Source: Octopus sinensis (taxonomy: Eukaryota). From it: 64,000 nt of DNA. Location: the NCBI RefSeq assembly GCF_006345805.1, contig NC_043021.1, positions 14,198,001-14,262,000 of the forward strand, in the 5' to 3' direction. Position 1 is the stretch's first letter; the number at the start of each line of letters is the position of its first letter. Positions 14,515 through 25,921 of this stretch are shown here, in pieces. A program made the translations under genes and the position numbers. Below the pieces are notes generated by a model. The model was not told where the DNA came from. It searched no databases and saw only the letters and a list, made by a program, of their open reading frames with translations.

Positions 14515-15065
14515 TAGTTGTAAGAGGAAGATTGTACACACACACTCTTCCTCATACAACTAGACTCTTCTTCACCACACATATATATATACATACACCC
14601 ACACATATATGCACACATAGACACATATGCACACACATAAACATGCACCCACACATACATGTACACATACACACATACATACACATATACACTCCTTCAG
14701 ATCTACTGGATGCCTATTCTTATGTCACTTACCAATGAGACCCTTGCACTCATGAAATTTGCCAAAAGTACTGTTGTTGCACTCTTTATAAGCCAAACAT
14801 TCCACCAGGTCTGACCTGTGAGTCATCCACAAAAACTGCTCATGATGATGATGTATGTGTTTGTTGCAGGCGATCCAACTTTATGCTGACCATCGTTACA
14901 ATAAAGTCACTTCTATTGTTGACCGCTTCATCAGTGCTGATGTATCCAGTTTCTACAGTTCCATTATCAAAGACAGGTATAAAGTCTTCTCTCTCTCACT
15001 GTCTCTCTCCCTCACTCTCTCTCTCTCTGTCTCCCTCTCTCTCACTGTCTCTCTCTCCCTCTCTC

Positions 15066-15110
<45 letters not shown>

Positions 15111-16303
15111 TTTTATGTGTATGACCAAATGTGTGTATTTCTGTGTGAGTCAAGTTACAGGATTCTGTTTATGAGGTGGGGATGGGGGGATGTAAACACT
15201 CATCGTTTTTACTCATACGATGAAAGCACCTACACTCACACGCATATGCTCCCCCCACATGCACACACTTGGATATACATATACACATGGCAGGCTTCTG
15301 TACAATCTCTTTCCATCAGCTGTTGCACACAGGGCATTTGTTGGTCTGGGATATTCTTACTCTTTTGCTTGTTTCAGTCATTTGACTGCGGCCATGCTGG
15401 AGCACTGCCTTTAGTCGAGCAAATCGACCCCAGGACTTATTCTTTGTAAGCCTAGTACTTATTCTATCGGTCTCTTTTGCTGAACCACTAAGTTACGGGG
15501 ATGTAAACACACCAGCATCAATTGTCAAGTGATGTTGGGGGGACAAACACAGACACACAAACACATACACACGGATACATATATACATACATATATACGA
15601 CGGGCTTCTTTCAGTTTCCATCTACCAAATCCACTCACAAGGCTTTGGTCGGCCTGAGGTTATAGTAGAAGACACTTGCCCAAGGTGCCACGCAGTGGGA
15701 ATGAACCCGGAACTATGCGGTTGGTAAGCAAGCTACTTACCACACAGCCACACCTGCAAACTTTTAAGTCACACAGCCATGTGTGTGTGTGTGTGTGTGT
15801 GTTAGCATGTGTTCATAGCCGCATATCTTTGCCTTGTTACCATCTTGCTGGTGACATTGCTTCTAATTCCCATAAACAAAATGTCTGGGAAAACTGGGTG
15901 TAAAAAAATAAGGATTATGTACATATATATATGCATGTATGTGTACAAATATATGTCTATATATGTATATTTATATATGTATGTCTATGTATGTGTGTAC
16001 AAATGTATATTTGTGTGTGTGTATGTATATATATGTGTGTGTGTATGTGGAAGTGTGTAGTTTAGTGGTTATGGTGTTGGACAACTGTAAGATTGTGGTT
16101 TCAATTCCTGGACTGAGTGATGCATTGTGTTCTTGAGCAAGACACTTTATTTCATGTTGCTCCAGTCCACTCAGCTGGCAAACATGAGTGATCCTGTCTG
16201 GTGAAGGAATATATACCCCACAGAAACTGGGAAACTAGAATGACAAGCCTATATCACTTAGAAAGGACCTTTGATCTGTGTGCGTGCATATTTGTGTGCG
16301 TAC

Positions 16304-16356
<53 letters not shown>

Positions 16357-19300
16357 CATGTACAGGGTGGCCCAAAAGTAGGTTTACAGTTATTCAACTA
16401 TCTCTTTCGCATTCATATATTAACAGTTTAGATCTTAATTATAAAAAAAAATATGAAACCATTATTCTATGCTAATTTAGTTAATTTTATCAAGCTCCCT
16501 TTTCAGTTTGTAACATGAAAATTTAAATGTAATAAAATGTTTTAAAAAACATTCAAAGTGCCTATGTGAAAACTGTAGACCTACTTTTGGGCCACCCTGT
16601 ATATATAAATATATATATATATACACAATATATATATATATATGTATAGTGTATAAGCTTATCCTTACAGGTGTTACTGTGACAGTAGAGACAGCCTTGC
16701 GAGAAGGTCCTGCCAGACAGTCCAGTACAATATATTAGATGTTCTGATTAGGCTTTTGGCACCAATTCTGCCACACTTTGCCGAGGAAGTCTTCCAATAT
16801 TTACCAAAATTACAACACCAACAAGGTAACAACATCAGTTTCCTTTCCTTCCATGTCAGTCTCTCCTTCCCTGCATGCCTCTCTGTCTATATTGCTGTTT
16901 GTCTGTCTTCCAACCACTGTTACTCACCTGCCTACCTACTTATCTACCTACCATCCATCCTTCCTGCCCCACCTATCTCTCTCTCTCTCTCACACACACA
17001 AATGAATAAATAGAGTTTCAGAGATGTTTATTATGCGAACCAGTCAAACTTTTCCCTATTTCAAAAGAAAGCTTTTTTCCATTAGAACCATAAATAAATT
17101 TATATAACCTTTTCAATTTCCATCCAGCTTCACTCAGAATTCCTGGGACGGGCAAGGTGGGAGATAAATTCCTCAGGCACCTTCTGTACAGGCTCCTATC
17201 AGAAGCAACCATCATTACACTTCCCTGCTGGATCCCGAAATATCACCAACTCAGACTAAGGATATTATCCAACCATCTCATTCTAGGTCGACCCCTAGGT
17301 CTCCTACCAGTCAAAGGGTAGAGTCTTCAGGTACCTCCTCCATAATGTCTTATCAGAAGCAACCATCATTACACTTCCCTGCTGGATCTCCAAGCATGAC
17401 CAACTCAGACTATGGACATTATCCAGCCATCTCATTCTTGGTCTACCCCTTGGTCTCCTACCAATTGGCTTGGTTTGAAAAATCCATTTTGCAATTCTTT
17501 CCTGTGACATTCTAATCACATGTCCATAATATCAGAGCCATGACCTCTCAATGCAGAGAAGTGGTGGCTCAATCTGGAGAGACTGCCTGATTGCTGAGCT
17601 ACACACCCTGTCAAGTAATACCTACTACTTCAGAAATCCTTTAGCAGACCTCCATTTCATCCACTTAGTATTCATGATTATTTCAGTCACTACCCAACAT
17701 TCATGACCAACTCCATCAATATTATCCAACCATTTCATTCTTGGTCCACCCCTTTGTCTCCTGCCTTATCTTGATTAATCCATCATGCAATTCTTTCCTG
17801 CAACATTCTAATCACATGTCCATAGTAGTGGAGCTGTGACTTCTCAATGCAGAGAAGTGGTGGCTCAACCTGGAGAGACTCCATGATCTTTGAGTTAAAC
17901 ATCCTGTTAAGTAATGCTAGTCTAGAGATCCTTTAGTGGACCACATTTCAGCCACTTGTATTCGTGATTGTACACTTGGTCATCACCCAACATTCCGGAC
18001 TAACTGCGACTATGGACATTATCCAACCATCTCATTCTTGGTCTACCCCTTAGGTCTTCTGCTGGTTGGTGCAGCTTAAAGAATCTGTCTTGAAATTTTT
18101 TCATGCAACATTCCAATCACATGTCTATACTACCTGAGCTGTGATCCCTCGATGCAGAGACGTAGTGGCCTGACCTGGAGAGATGCCCTGATCTCTGAGC
18201 AAGATCTTTCAGAAGAAAGCCATTTCAGCCACTTGCTTTTGTGATTGTACTCTTTCAGTCATTACCCAACATTTATGAACATAGGTAAGGATTGGCACAA
18301 AAACTGAATTGAACATAAGACACTTTAAGCTATTCCATCCATTGTCTTGTCTGTAACATTGTGGGGCATAAACTGTGTAAATTTAGATCTTTGGCCCTTT
18401 AGAATTTAAACTGGCCAAATCCATGTAAAAAGCATCCAGTTCACACTGTGAAGTGGTTGAAATTTGAAAGGGCATCCAGCTGTAAAAACTGCCAAAGCAA
18501 ACCTCACCAATGTTTGTATCATGTAAAAAGCACCCAGGTCACTCTGTAAAGTGGTTGGCATTAGGAAGGGCATCCAGCTGCAGAAACCATGCCGAAACAG
18601 ACAGTAAAGTCTGGTGCAGTCTTCTGTCTTGCCAGCTCTTGTCAAACTGTCCAACCCATGCCAGCATGGAAAACAGACATTAAATGATGATGATGATGAT
18701 GATGATATCTGGCCAAAACATTCTACCTGTTTTATATTAAAATTAGCCATATCTGGTCTTTCACACCTACCCTGTAATGCCATTCTTGAAATAAACCACC
18801 ATATCATCAAAGTTTCAAAGCTGCAGGGTCATAAATGATTAATTTAGAACAATGTGAATAAATAAGCCTTAAATTTGGAGGGAGAGATCTGAATGTTGAA
18901 GGGGTAACAAGATAAAGAAATGGATAGCATTTAGTTGTTGAGTATGATGTCTGCTTCTGGTTTGTAAGTTTTAAAATTTGTTGAAATGGAAAAGTGCATA
19001 AAAATTATGAATAAATCACAAACACCATTGCTGATATGAATAAATACTTATTTCTTTAATACCCACAAGGGGCTAAACATAGAGGGGACAAACAAGGACA
19101 GACATAGTTATTAAGTCGATTACATCGACCCCAGTGCGTATTCTCCACAGCTAATTCCATCACCACCCATGTCACCACTGGCACCATCACCACCACCACC
19201 ACCACCAAAACCATCATATCATGACTACCACTATCATTACCATCACCACCTCCACAACCAAGACTACCACCACCACCTCCACAACCAAGACTACCACCAC

Positions 19301-20561
19301 CACTAAAACCGTCACCTTCATCACCACCACCATTATCACCAAAACCATCACAACTACCATCACCATCAGCGCTACATTATCGTCCCTCTGCTACCACAAA
19401 GGCAAAGCTGATATAAATAAATGCTAACCACTCCTTTTTTTTTTTTTTTGTCTCCATTTCATGTCCCCAGATTGTAACAGTCTGTTCAAGACTAAAGGCC
19501 ACAACATCAACCCAGAATGGGAAGATTTAGCAGGTTACCACAGTTTTCAACCAAGTCTGCAGATCAAGGCCCGGTTCAACGAAATGATTGGTCCAGAGAC
19601 CCCTTCCTCCTTTGATGTCATCATCTGGGCTTCTGGTGACCTTTATAATAACCTTAAGGTGAGTGCACACACACACACACACACACACACTATACATGTA
19701 CATACATAGGTTACATACATAGACACAAGCATATCATCATCATTTAATGTCTTTTGCCCATGCTGGCATGGGTTGGACAGTTTGACCCCTCAAGGACAAC
19801 AGATGAGGATTTAAAACTTTTTTTAATATATTGGAGAGTTGGGTAATTAACCAAGGGGGGTAATTGTCCTAGAGGGAGCAATTGTCCTCGGTGGGTAATT
19901 GTCCTGATACGAGCTGGAGAGCTGCACCAGACTCCAGTGTGATTTGGTATGGTTTCTACAGCTGGATGCCCTTCCTAATACCAACCACTTTACAGAGTGT
20001 GCTGGATGCTCTTATATGGCACTATGCCAGTGCTTTTCAAGCTTTTTGCTGGAGCGGAACCCCAAGGAAACATTCCACTGGCTCGAGGAACCCCTGTGCA
20101 ATAATTTAATAGTCTTATGCACACATATCTGCACAGGAGAATTAAAAATTACTGCCGATTTTAGCAGTTTTGTAACTTCTTGCAGAACCCCTGGACTGTA
20201 CTGGCGGAACCCTAAGGTTCTGCGGAACCCCAGTTGAAAACCACTGCACTATGCAGACACTTTTATATGGTGCTGAATGAGCGCCTTTACGTGGTACTGC
20301 ATAGGTGCTTATATGTTGCACCACACAGGTGCTTGTACATGCTGCTGCATGGGCACTTTTATGTGGTACTGCCATGAGTGCTTTACACGATCAGAAGGAT
20401 CGATCCTAACACTTCTGCTGCAGAGCAAGGGTCTTCATGAGTACAGCAAGGTGCCAGTAATTATCGGCCCTTTGTCATCTTGCCTGAAAGCTTTGGCATC
20501 TCGAGGTCATTCTTCAGTACTTCATCCCATGTCTTCCTGGGTCTCCCTCTTCCACATGTTC

Positions 20562-20605
<44 letters not shown>

Positions 20606-21503
20606 TGCACATATACATATGCACACATTCTGTTTGTTTTCAGGTGTTACAGCCCACCTATGTATCGACTAATTCTGCCCTTGTGGAGATCTTGCAAGCA
20701 TCACAAGTTTCCCTTAGCAACCAGAGACTGGATTCTGCCATGGACGACGTTGAATTGGTAACTGCCTCTTGTTCGTTATATAAACCAGGTGAGGTCTTCC
20801 TTTTAATCCCCACTCAACTCAAACACTCACTCTCAACTGTAACTTCCTCTACTCAACTACTCCACACCACACCTCACCACCAAAACCCCGCTACACTATG
20901 AATATGTGACTTGGTAAGTCCAGGGTACCCTCTACTTTGAAATCCACCAAAGGAACTTCCTATAGGAAGTGGAGTGGCTGTGTAGTAAGACATTAGCTTC
21001 CCAACCTCACGGTTCCAGGTTCAGTCCCACTGTGTCATACCTTGGGTTAGTGTCTTCTACAATAGCCTCAGGCTGACCAAGCCCTTGTGAGTGAATTTGG
21101 TAGGTGGAAACTGAAAGAAGCCCATTCATCATCATCATCATCATTTAGTATCCGCTTTCCATGGGTTGGACGGTTCAACTGGGGTTTGGGAAGCCAGATG
21201 GCTGAACCAGGCCCAGTCTGATCTGGCAGTGTTTCTACAGCTGGATGCCCTTCCTAACGCCAACCACTCTGGGAGTGTAGTGGGTGCTTTTTACGTGCCA
21301 CCAGCACAGGGGCCAGGCGAGGTTGGCAACGGCCATGATCGGATGGTGCTTTTTATGTTGCACTGGCACGGAGGCCCGTAGGGGCGGCGCTGGCAACGAC
21401 CACGTTGTATATATATTGTATATATATATATGATGATGATATATATATATATGTCACCACAACCATCACCACAACTGTCATCACCACCATTAGGATGTTT
21501 TTG

Positions 21504-21534
<31 letters not shown>

Positions 21535-22655
21535 ATGATATATATATATATGTCTGTATGTATATGTGTGTGTGTTTGTTCCCCTCCACTACTTGACATC
21601 TGGTGTTGGTGTGTCTATGTCCCTGTAACTTAATGGTTCAGCAAAAGAGACCAATAGGATAGTCTCTTTTTTTCTTTTAAAAAAGCAAGCTTTAAAAAAA
21701 GAAAAAAGTACTGGGCGTGATTCATTTGACTAACTCTTCTTCAAGGTTGTGCCCCAGCATGGCCACAGTCTGACGACTGAAACAAGTAAAAGATAGTGGG
21801 GTCCAATTAAACTTTGCAAAGTGTAAGCTGAAACATCTGTCCATCATCTTTATGTATTACAGAGGCAGTGCGTTGGGGTGCTTACTGGTTAGGCCACATT
21901 ATTCAATAAAGAGCACAGGGCCAGCTTCCTGGTTTCTCTGGCATATACATTCCTCCCGGGACGGGACATCAGTCCATTGCAGGATTACTCATTTTTTCCA
22001 GCTGAGTGGACTGGAGAAATTAAGTGTTTCGTTCAAGAAGACAATGCATCACCTGGTCCAGGAATCGAAACCTCAATCTTCTGACCATGAGTCCAACACC
22101 CTAACCACTAAGCATGGGATGGTTCTTGCTTACTTAAAATCAGATCTGTCATGGACCCCAGGACTCCTAAGGCCAGAGTTTATCCCATTTCCCATGGTGT
22201 GTAAGTGACTGAAATTTTGACATTCTTCTCCCCTGTAGAGGACGCTGGTCTCTCTCAGGGTTAACTTCCCAGTTATTGCTGGAACACATTTACAGCTGAA
22301 TAGACTGGTGCAACGTGAAATGAATTGTCTTGCTCAAGAACACAAAGCATTGCCAGGCCTTGTGCCTATTGTAGAAAGGATTATTGTAACACCACCACTA
22401 TTAGGATATTTTTGTTTTTGTTTATTTTTAAATGTGTTTTTTGTTTTCTTTTTAACTCTCTCCCTTTTTTGTTTTTCTTTTTTTTTTGTTTATTTCTCTC
22501 CAGATTCGGATGCAACCGAGAAGCATGACTATGTGATGGGGGTGTTACCTTGCCAACTCTACATGTGCACCAGATGTCGCAGATCTGTGGCTAAATCGTC
22601 GGCCCTGAGGTTCTGTTCTCGATGTGCAGATGTCATAGCTGAAGACTACCAATGA
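2231..22655 (+). CDS. IARS2: Mitochondrial isoleucine--tRNA ligase, 5'-partial, 14 exons (join 2231-2321, 3578-3723, 5699-5859, 7391-7493, 9345-9438, 10737-10845, 12192-12294, 12560-12682, 14324-14455, 14870-14976, 16671-16825, 19471-19658, 20644-20788, 22504-22655)
   Basis: Manual splicing: every intron is GT..AG and phases match, giving 1809 nt in one open frame ending in TGA. The peptide is collinear with bacterial-type/mitochondrial IleRS: [97 protein letters not shown]-terminal CTRC..CSRC. Confidence 0.97.
2368..2671 (-). mobile_element. tRNA-derived SINE flanked by a 14-bp target-site duplication
   Basis: B-box-like ggtttcgattccc on the minus strand; acttgtca(g/a)tttat at 2354-2367 and 2672-2685. 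Confidence 0.75.
3236..3402 (+). mobile_element. Abundant tRNA-derived SINE (core gaggtcgactttgcctttcatcc..gtaccag), 5'-truncated
   Basis: The same core recurs at 4321-4533, 4908-5138, 6470-6575, 12750-12960, 27745-27891, 35000-35775, 39060-39500, 41770-42215 and 54005-54175. Confidence 0.85.
3578..3723 (+). CDS. IARS2: IARS2 exon: (V)[48 protein letters not shown]
   Basis: gtgtcag acceptor, att|gtaagt donor; HSYPYDWR and RAS.QWF motifs. Confidence 0.97.
3755..3965 (+). repeat. G-rich degenerate tandem repeat (ggacttgtgggaagg / tgtgggag units)
   Basis: Repeated motif just after an IARS2 donor; it produces the four overlapping W/G-rich ORFs in the track. Confidence 0.75.
4321..4533 (-). mobile_element. 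Near full-length tRNA-derived SINE
   Basis: Minus strand starts aggcggcaagctggcagaaacgttagc (A-box-like), has gagctcaaattc (B-box-like) and the shared core. Confidence 0.88.
4908..5138 (-). mobile_element. Full-length SINE nested in an older SINE, with a 14-bp TSD
   Basis: aagcaag(c/a)ttctta at 4894-4907 and 5139-5152; the host SINE head is split on either side. Confidence 0.88.
5699..5859 (+). CDS. IARS2: IARS2 exon: [53 protein letters not shown]
   Basis: cttcacag acceptor; WCISRQR.WG.PIP motif. Donor placed at gt|gtaatt because the next exon needs phase 2; the exact 3' end is slightly less certain. Confidence 0.93.
7391..7493 (+). CDS. IARS2: IARS2 exon: [34 protein letters not shown]
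   Basis: tcttttacag acceptor, aag|gtagtg donor; HG.D.WW...E.LLP motif. Confidence 0.95.
7860..8325. repeat. Five diverged ~70-110 bp tandem units (ggggcccaattctga...tgtcaataaata...gatttgcctgggg)
   Basis: cccaattc anchors near 7866, 7937, 8035, 8131 and 8240. Confidence 0.8.
8845..9170 (-). mobile_element. SINE of another tRNA-derived family
   Basis: Its end tttttgccagctgagtggactggagcaa..gtcttgctcaaggacacaac..ggaattgaactc recurs at ~16140, 21990, 22290, 32590, 42940 and 55690. Confidence 0.75.
9345..9438 (+). CDS. IARS2: IARS2 exon: [31 protein letters not shown]
   Basis: tctttcag acceptor, g|gtaaca donor; [10 protein letters not shown] motif. Confidence 0.96.
10737..10845 (+). CDS. IARS2: IARS2 exon: (D)[35 protein letters not shown](K)
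   Basis: ctccag acceptor, aa|gtgagt donor; ADxYLEGxDQxxGWF motif. Confidence 0.96.
12192..12294 (+). CDS. IARS2: IARS2 exon with the class I KMSKS signature (12235-12249)
   Basis: tctttacag acceptor, aag|gtaggc donor; [34 protein letters not shown]. Confidence 0.98.
12560..12682 (+). CDS. IARS2: IARS2 exon: [41 protein letters not shown]
   Basis: ccatttcag acceptor, cgg|gtgagt donor; [11 protein letters not shown] motif. Confidence 0.97.
13794..14177 (-). mobile_element. tRNA-headed SINE (head ggcataggagtggctgtgtggtaag..ggttcagtccc)
   Basis: Highly similar to 15357-15752; fragments also at ~10915, 20950, 38025 and 42240. Confidence 0.88.
14324..14455 (+). CDS. IARS2: IARS2 exon: [44 protein letters not shown]
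   Basis: gttgcag acceptor, aag|gtaagg donor; LR.T.RFLLGN motif at the start of the anticodon-binding domain. Confidence 0.97.
14870..14976 (+). CDS. IARS2: IARS2 exon: [35 protein letters not shown](R)
   Basis: gttgcag acceptor, ag|gtataa donor; S.FY.SIIKDR motif. Confidence 0.96.
15357..15752 (-). mobile_element. tRNA-headed SINE, same family as 13794-14177
   Basis: Direct similarity over ~390 bp, including the internal (CA)/(TA) tract. Confidence 0.88.
16363..16599. mobile_element. Tc1/mariner-type MITE, 237 bp
   Basis: 29-bp TIRs cagggtggcccaaaagtaggt(t/c)tacagtt (28/29 match), flanked by TA on both sides. Confidence 0.92.
16671..16825 (+). CDS. IARS2: IARS2 exon: [51 protein letters not shown]
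   Basis: ccttacag acceptor, g|gtaaca donor; RRSCQT and APILPH.AEEV motifs. Confidence 0.96.
17140..18330 (-). mobile_element. Tandemly multiplied RTE (Rex3/Expander-like) LINE 3' fragment
   Basis: Minus translation VPILTY..WVMTE...AEMAF...[35 protein letters not shown]. The anchor ttatcc(a/g)acc recurs at 17265, 17419, 17722 and 18019. Confidence 0.85.
19471..19658 (+). CDS. IARS2: IARS2 exon: (D)[21 protein letters not shown]...[16 protein letters not shown]
   Basis: Poly-T tract plus ccccag acceptor, aag|gtgagt donor; phases fit both neighbours and the frame is open. This is a less conserved part of the protein. Confidence 0.88.
20028..20246. mobile_element. hAT-type MITE, 219 bp, nested in a SINE
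   Basis: 13-bp TIRs cagtg(c/g)ttttcaa; perfect 8-bp TSD cactatgc at 20020-20027 and 20247-20254. Confidence 0.93.
20644..20788 (+). CDS. IARS2: IARS2 exon: [48 protein letters not shown]
   Basis: gttttcag acceptor, g|gtgagg donor; S.L.E.L.AS pattern of the IleRS C-terminal domain. Confidence 0.88.
22504..22655 (+). CDS. IARS2: IARS2 last coding exon with C-terminal Zn finger (MCTRCRR...FCSRCADVI), stop TGA
   Basis: ttctctccag acceptor; CxxC..CxxC pattern typical of bacterial-type IleRS; TGA at 22653-22655. Confidence 0.95.
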
Positions 22656-22949
22656 GTGCAGCTCCCTGAACTCACACTCACATTGTCTCCAGCTCTTTCT
22701 GTCTGTCTGTCTGTCTGTCTGTCTCTCACTGAAGTGATCTCAAAGGAGAGTGAGATCACTCGATTCATGAGTGAAGATGCTTGTCTGTCAGTCTGTCTGT
22801 CTGTCTCTCTTTCTCAAGAAAAAAAAAATTCAGACTTCCTACCAGCGAGTGTAGCTTTTTCTTTTCTTTCCTTCAAAGCTGAAACCTTCATTAAGTGCAG
22901 CAGTCTCCATTAAGAGCTCCCCTTCCTCAAGGAATTCTGAAGAGAGACA

Positions 22950-23480
22950 ACTCTATCAAAATATCCCTCAATCTTACTGTCTGTCTGTTTGTCTGTCTCT
23001 CTATCTTCCTTTCTTTCTCTCTTTCTCCTTTTGTTTGTGTGCTTGTTTCTTTCTTTATGTCTGTCTCTCTCTATATATATCTTTCTTTTTCCCTTTCTTT
23101 CTCTCTCTTTTTGTTTGTTTCTTTCTGTCTGTCTGTTGCTCTCTCTCTTTCTCCTTTTGTTTGTGTGTTTGTTTGTTTCTTTCTTTCTTTCTGTATGTCT
23201 GTCTCTGTCTGCTGTCTCTCTCTCTCTCACTATCTCTATCTTTCTTTTTCCCCTTCTCTCTCCTTTTGTTTGTTTGTTTGTTTGTTGTTTCTTTCTTTCT
23301 CCTTTTGTTTCTTTGTTTGTGTTTCTGTCTGTCTGTTACTCTCTCTCTTTCTTTCTTTCTGTCTCTGTCTGCCTGTTGTGCTCTTTCTCTCCTTATTTCT
23401 CGTTTTCTTTCATTATCCTTTTGTTTGTTTGTTTCTTTCTTTCTGTCTTATCTGTCTGTCTCTGTTTTTCTCTCTCTACT
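22950..23480 (+). repeat. Long pyrimidine-rich compound microsatellite ((CT)n/(CTGT)n/(TTTG)n) downstream of the IARS2 stop
   Basis: Visible low complexity; it is the source of the F/L/S/C ORFs at 22895-23535. Confidence 0.9.
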
Positions 23481-23549
23481 TTGGAAGCTTGTGATATTCC
23501 CTCTTATGAAATGTCAGTACTACGCTAATGAGTGATGCTCAGATATCAA

Positions 23550-24145
23550 GGAGTGCAACTGTATAGCTCCACTCAAATGTCAGCAGCAGATGACACATTG
23601 AGGGATGGAGCCATCATGTCACTCTCTCTATTCAAGGACAACAGAAGACAGAGGACTCATACCAAACCTTCAGTGGGAGTGCAGTTGAATAGCTTCACTC
23701 AAGTGACAACTGCAGACTGTCTGTGAGTGCAACTGTCAATCCACACTGAATAACAACTGTAAACTCAAAGAGCACAGCTGTATATCTCAAATAAAATGAC
23801 AACAGAGACTACCAGTGAGTGTAGCTGTTCATCTCTACTCAAGTGATAACAGAAGACCCAGTGAGTGCAACTGTAAGTCTCCACTCAAGTGACAACAGTG
23901 TCAGTAAGTGCAGCTGTCAGTCTCCACTCAAATGACAACAGTGTCAGTGAGTGCAGCTGTCAGTCACCACTCAAGTGACAGCAATAGACTGTCAGTGAGT
24001 TAATCTGTAAGGTTGCACTCAAGTGACAACAGTCGACTTGAGTGTATTTGTAAGTCTGCAGTCAAATGAGAACAGCAGCTTGTCAGTGAGTGGAACTTTC
24101 AGTCTCCACTCAAGTGACAACAACAGACCCAGTGAACGCAACTAT
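23550..24145 (+). repeat. ~43-bp minisatellite (cagtgagtgcagctgtcagtctccactcaagtgacaacagtgt), about a dozen diverged units
   Basis: Period 43 measured between 23896 and 23939; each unit has a TGAGTG...CACTCA inverted repeat. Confidence 0.85.
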
Positions 24146-25579
24146 AACTAATGAGGACATTATTGTGAAATCGTTAAGAAAATAATTGTTTAAATTTGTA
24201 AAAGTCATCTTTTGATGATTTTAAAATCTGTGATTCAAAGGAAATTGAATTGTTTTTTGTTTGTTTGTCTTTGATATTAAATTGTTTTGATTACATGGTA
24301 GTCCTGTCGTAAATGAGAGATGAGGGCCCTGCAGCTTGTTGCTGAGTAACCTGTAGGGATCATTTGTTTAATGTTTGTGCTGTGCATCAGCTCCCTTCCC
24401 CGCCATCAGATCAGCCCCTGAGACGAAGGGATTACTGAATAAAGTGAAATAAATAAAGTGTTTTGCTCAAGAAAACAATGCATGGCTTGGTCTGGGAATT
24501 GAAACCGTGATCTTGGGATCATGACTGCAACACCCTAAACACTAGACCATTAGCCTTCACATTGATTACATACTTACATACATATGCACACACACACATA
24601 CGCAAGCTTGCATGCATGTACAAATACATATGTTAACATCCATGCATATACACATACACACACAAACATATGCACACACATAGAGGCATAAACATTACAC
24701 ACATGTACAGACACACATACACATATTATACATAAATACACATATACATATGCCTCATGTACACACACATTACACAGACATACATTAGACATAAACACAC
24801 ACATACCTAAACATATACATTACACACACACACACAAACACATATACATTAACACACATATACATTACACTCACATATTACATATAAACACACATATTAC
24901 ACACACACACATAAACACTTATACATTAACACACATATACATTACACACACACACACATATTACATATAAACATACATTACACAAACACACATGCATATA
25001 TTACACACACACACGTATACAAAAACGGACACACTCACGTACACAATGAATGTTATCTTGACGATAGGTATTTTGTGGTTTAAATTAAGTAAACTCCATC
25101 TTAAATTAACATATAAGTGCCTAAGTATTCCACAGACACATGCACCTCCGAAATACAGATAGTCCACATGTCAGGTTTCCGCATAGTTTCTATTCACTTA
25201 TTTTCAGTCACATAGCTTGGGTACATCGAAGGCCATGGTAAAAGAAAATACACTTGGTCCAAGATATTGCCTAGTTGGGGATTGAACTGAGAAACAATGC
25301 AACTTCAAAAGGCAAACTGCTTGACTGTGTCTGCGTCCATTCACAGAGGTACAGAAGGCAGAAGGAGACAGTTGGGAGCGGCTGTTTTGATGTTGGTAGC
25401 TGCTAGGCACAGTGGAGTGGACATTGAACTTGGCTTGGCCACAGTACATTTTGGCACTGGAAGAGAACTGACTCACACACACATGCACTGCATGGAAACA
25501 TATATAGATGGATGGACATGATATATGTATTTACATTATTTATATTCGATGGATATTTGTCCTCATCTTGTTTGTTGCT

Positions 25580-25625
25580 AACACAACATTTCGGCTGATA
25601 TACCCTCCAGCCTTCATCAGGTGTC
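25580..25625 (-). ncRNA. Minimal type I hammerhead ribozyme motif, antisense copy
   Basis: Minus strand gacac-CUGAUGA-a-ggcug gagggUauau cagcc-GAAA-u-GUU|guguu, with a perfect 5-bp stem II. Confidence 0.62.
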
Positions 25626-25875
25626 TTGGGGAAATTTCGAACCTGGGTTCTCATTCCTAAGGTATTTTTCGATGTTATTGGTATTATTATTATTATTCAG
25701 ATCACTGCCTGGAATCGAATATGTCCATGGGCATATGACGTAGTGGTTAAGAGCGCGAGCTACTAACCCCAAGATTCCGAGTTTGATTCCTGGCTGTGAC
25801 CTGAATAATAATAATAATAATAACAACATTGAAAAATACATTAGGACTGAGAACCCAGGTTCAAAATTTCCCCAA

Positions 25876-25921
25876 GACACCTGATGAAGGCTGGAGGGTA
25901 TATCAGCTGAAATGTTGTGTT
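25876..25921 (+). ncRNA. Minimal type I hammerhead ribozyme motif (Penelope-type), sense copy
   Basis: gacac-CUGAUGA-a-ggcug[10 nt]cagcu-GAAA-u-GUU|guguu. Stem I gacac/guguu, stem II ggcug/cagcu, loop-less stem III; predicted cut between 25916 and 25917. Activity not shown. Confidence 0.62.

Noticed and set aside
22653-22913. TGA read-through or selenocysteine extension of IARS2
   Set aside because: The stop context is TGA-G rather than the leaky TGA-C, the zinc finger ends at the expected place, the extension is low complexity, and no SECIS was recognised.
23880-24110. CAGUGN motifs as iron-responsive elements
   Set aside because: The flanks do not form the required 5-bp upper stem with a bulged C.
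23550-24145. 43-bp palindromic repeat array as a CRISPR array
   Set aside because: Units are head-to-tail and diverged with no unique spacers, there are no cas genes, and the context is an intron-rich eukaryotic locus.
25729-25801. Functional tRNA gene
   Set aside because: D and anticodon stems do not pair and the B box is mutated; treated as a SINE head.
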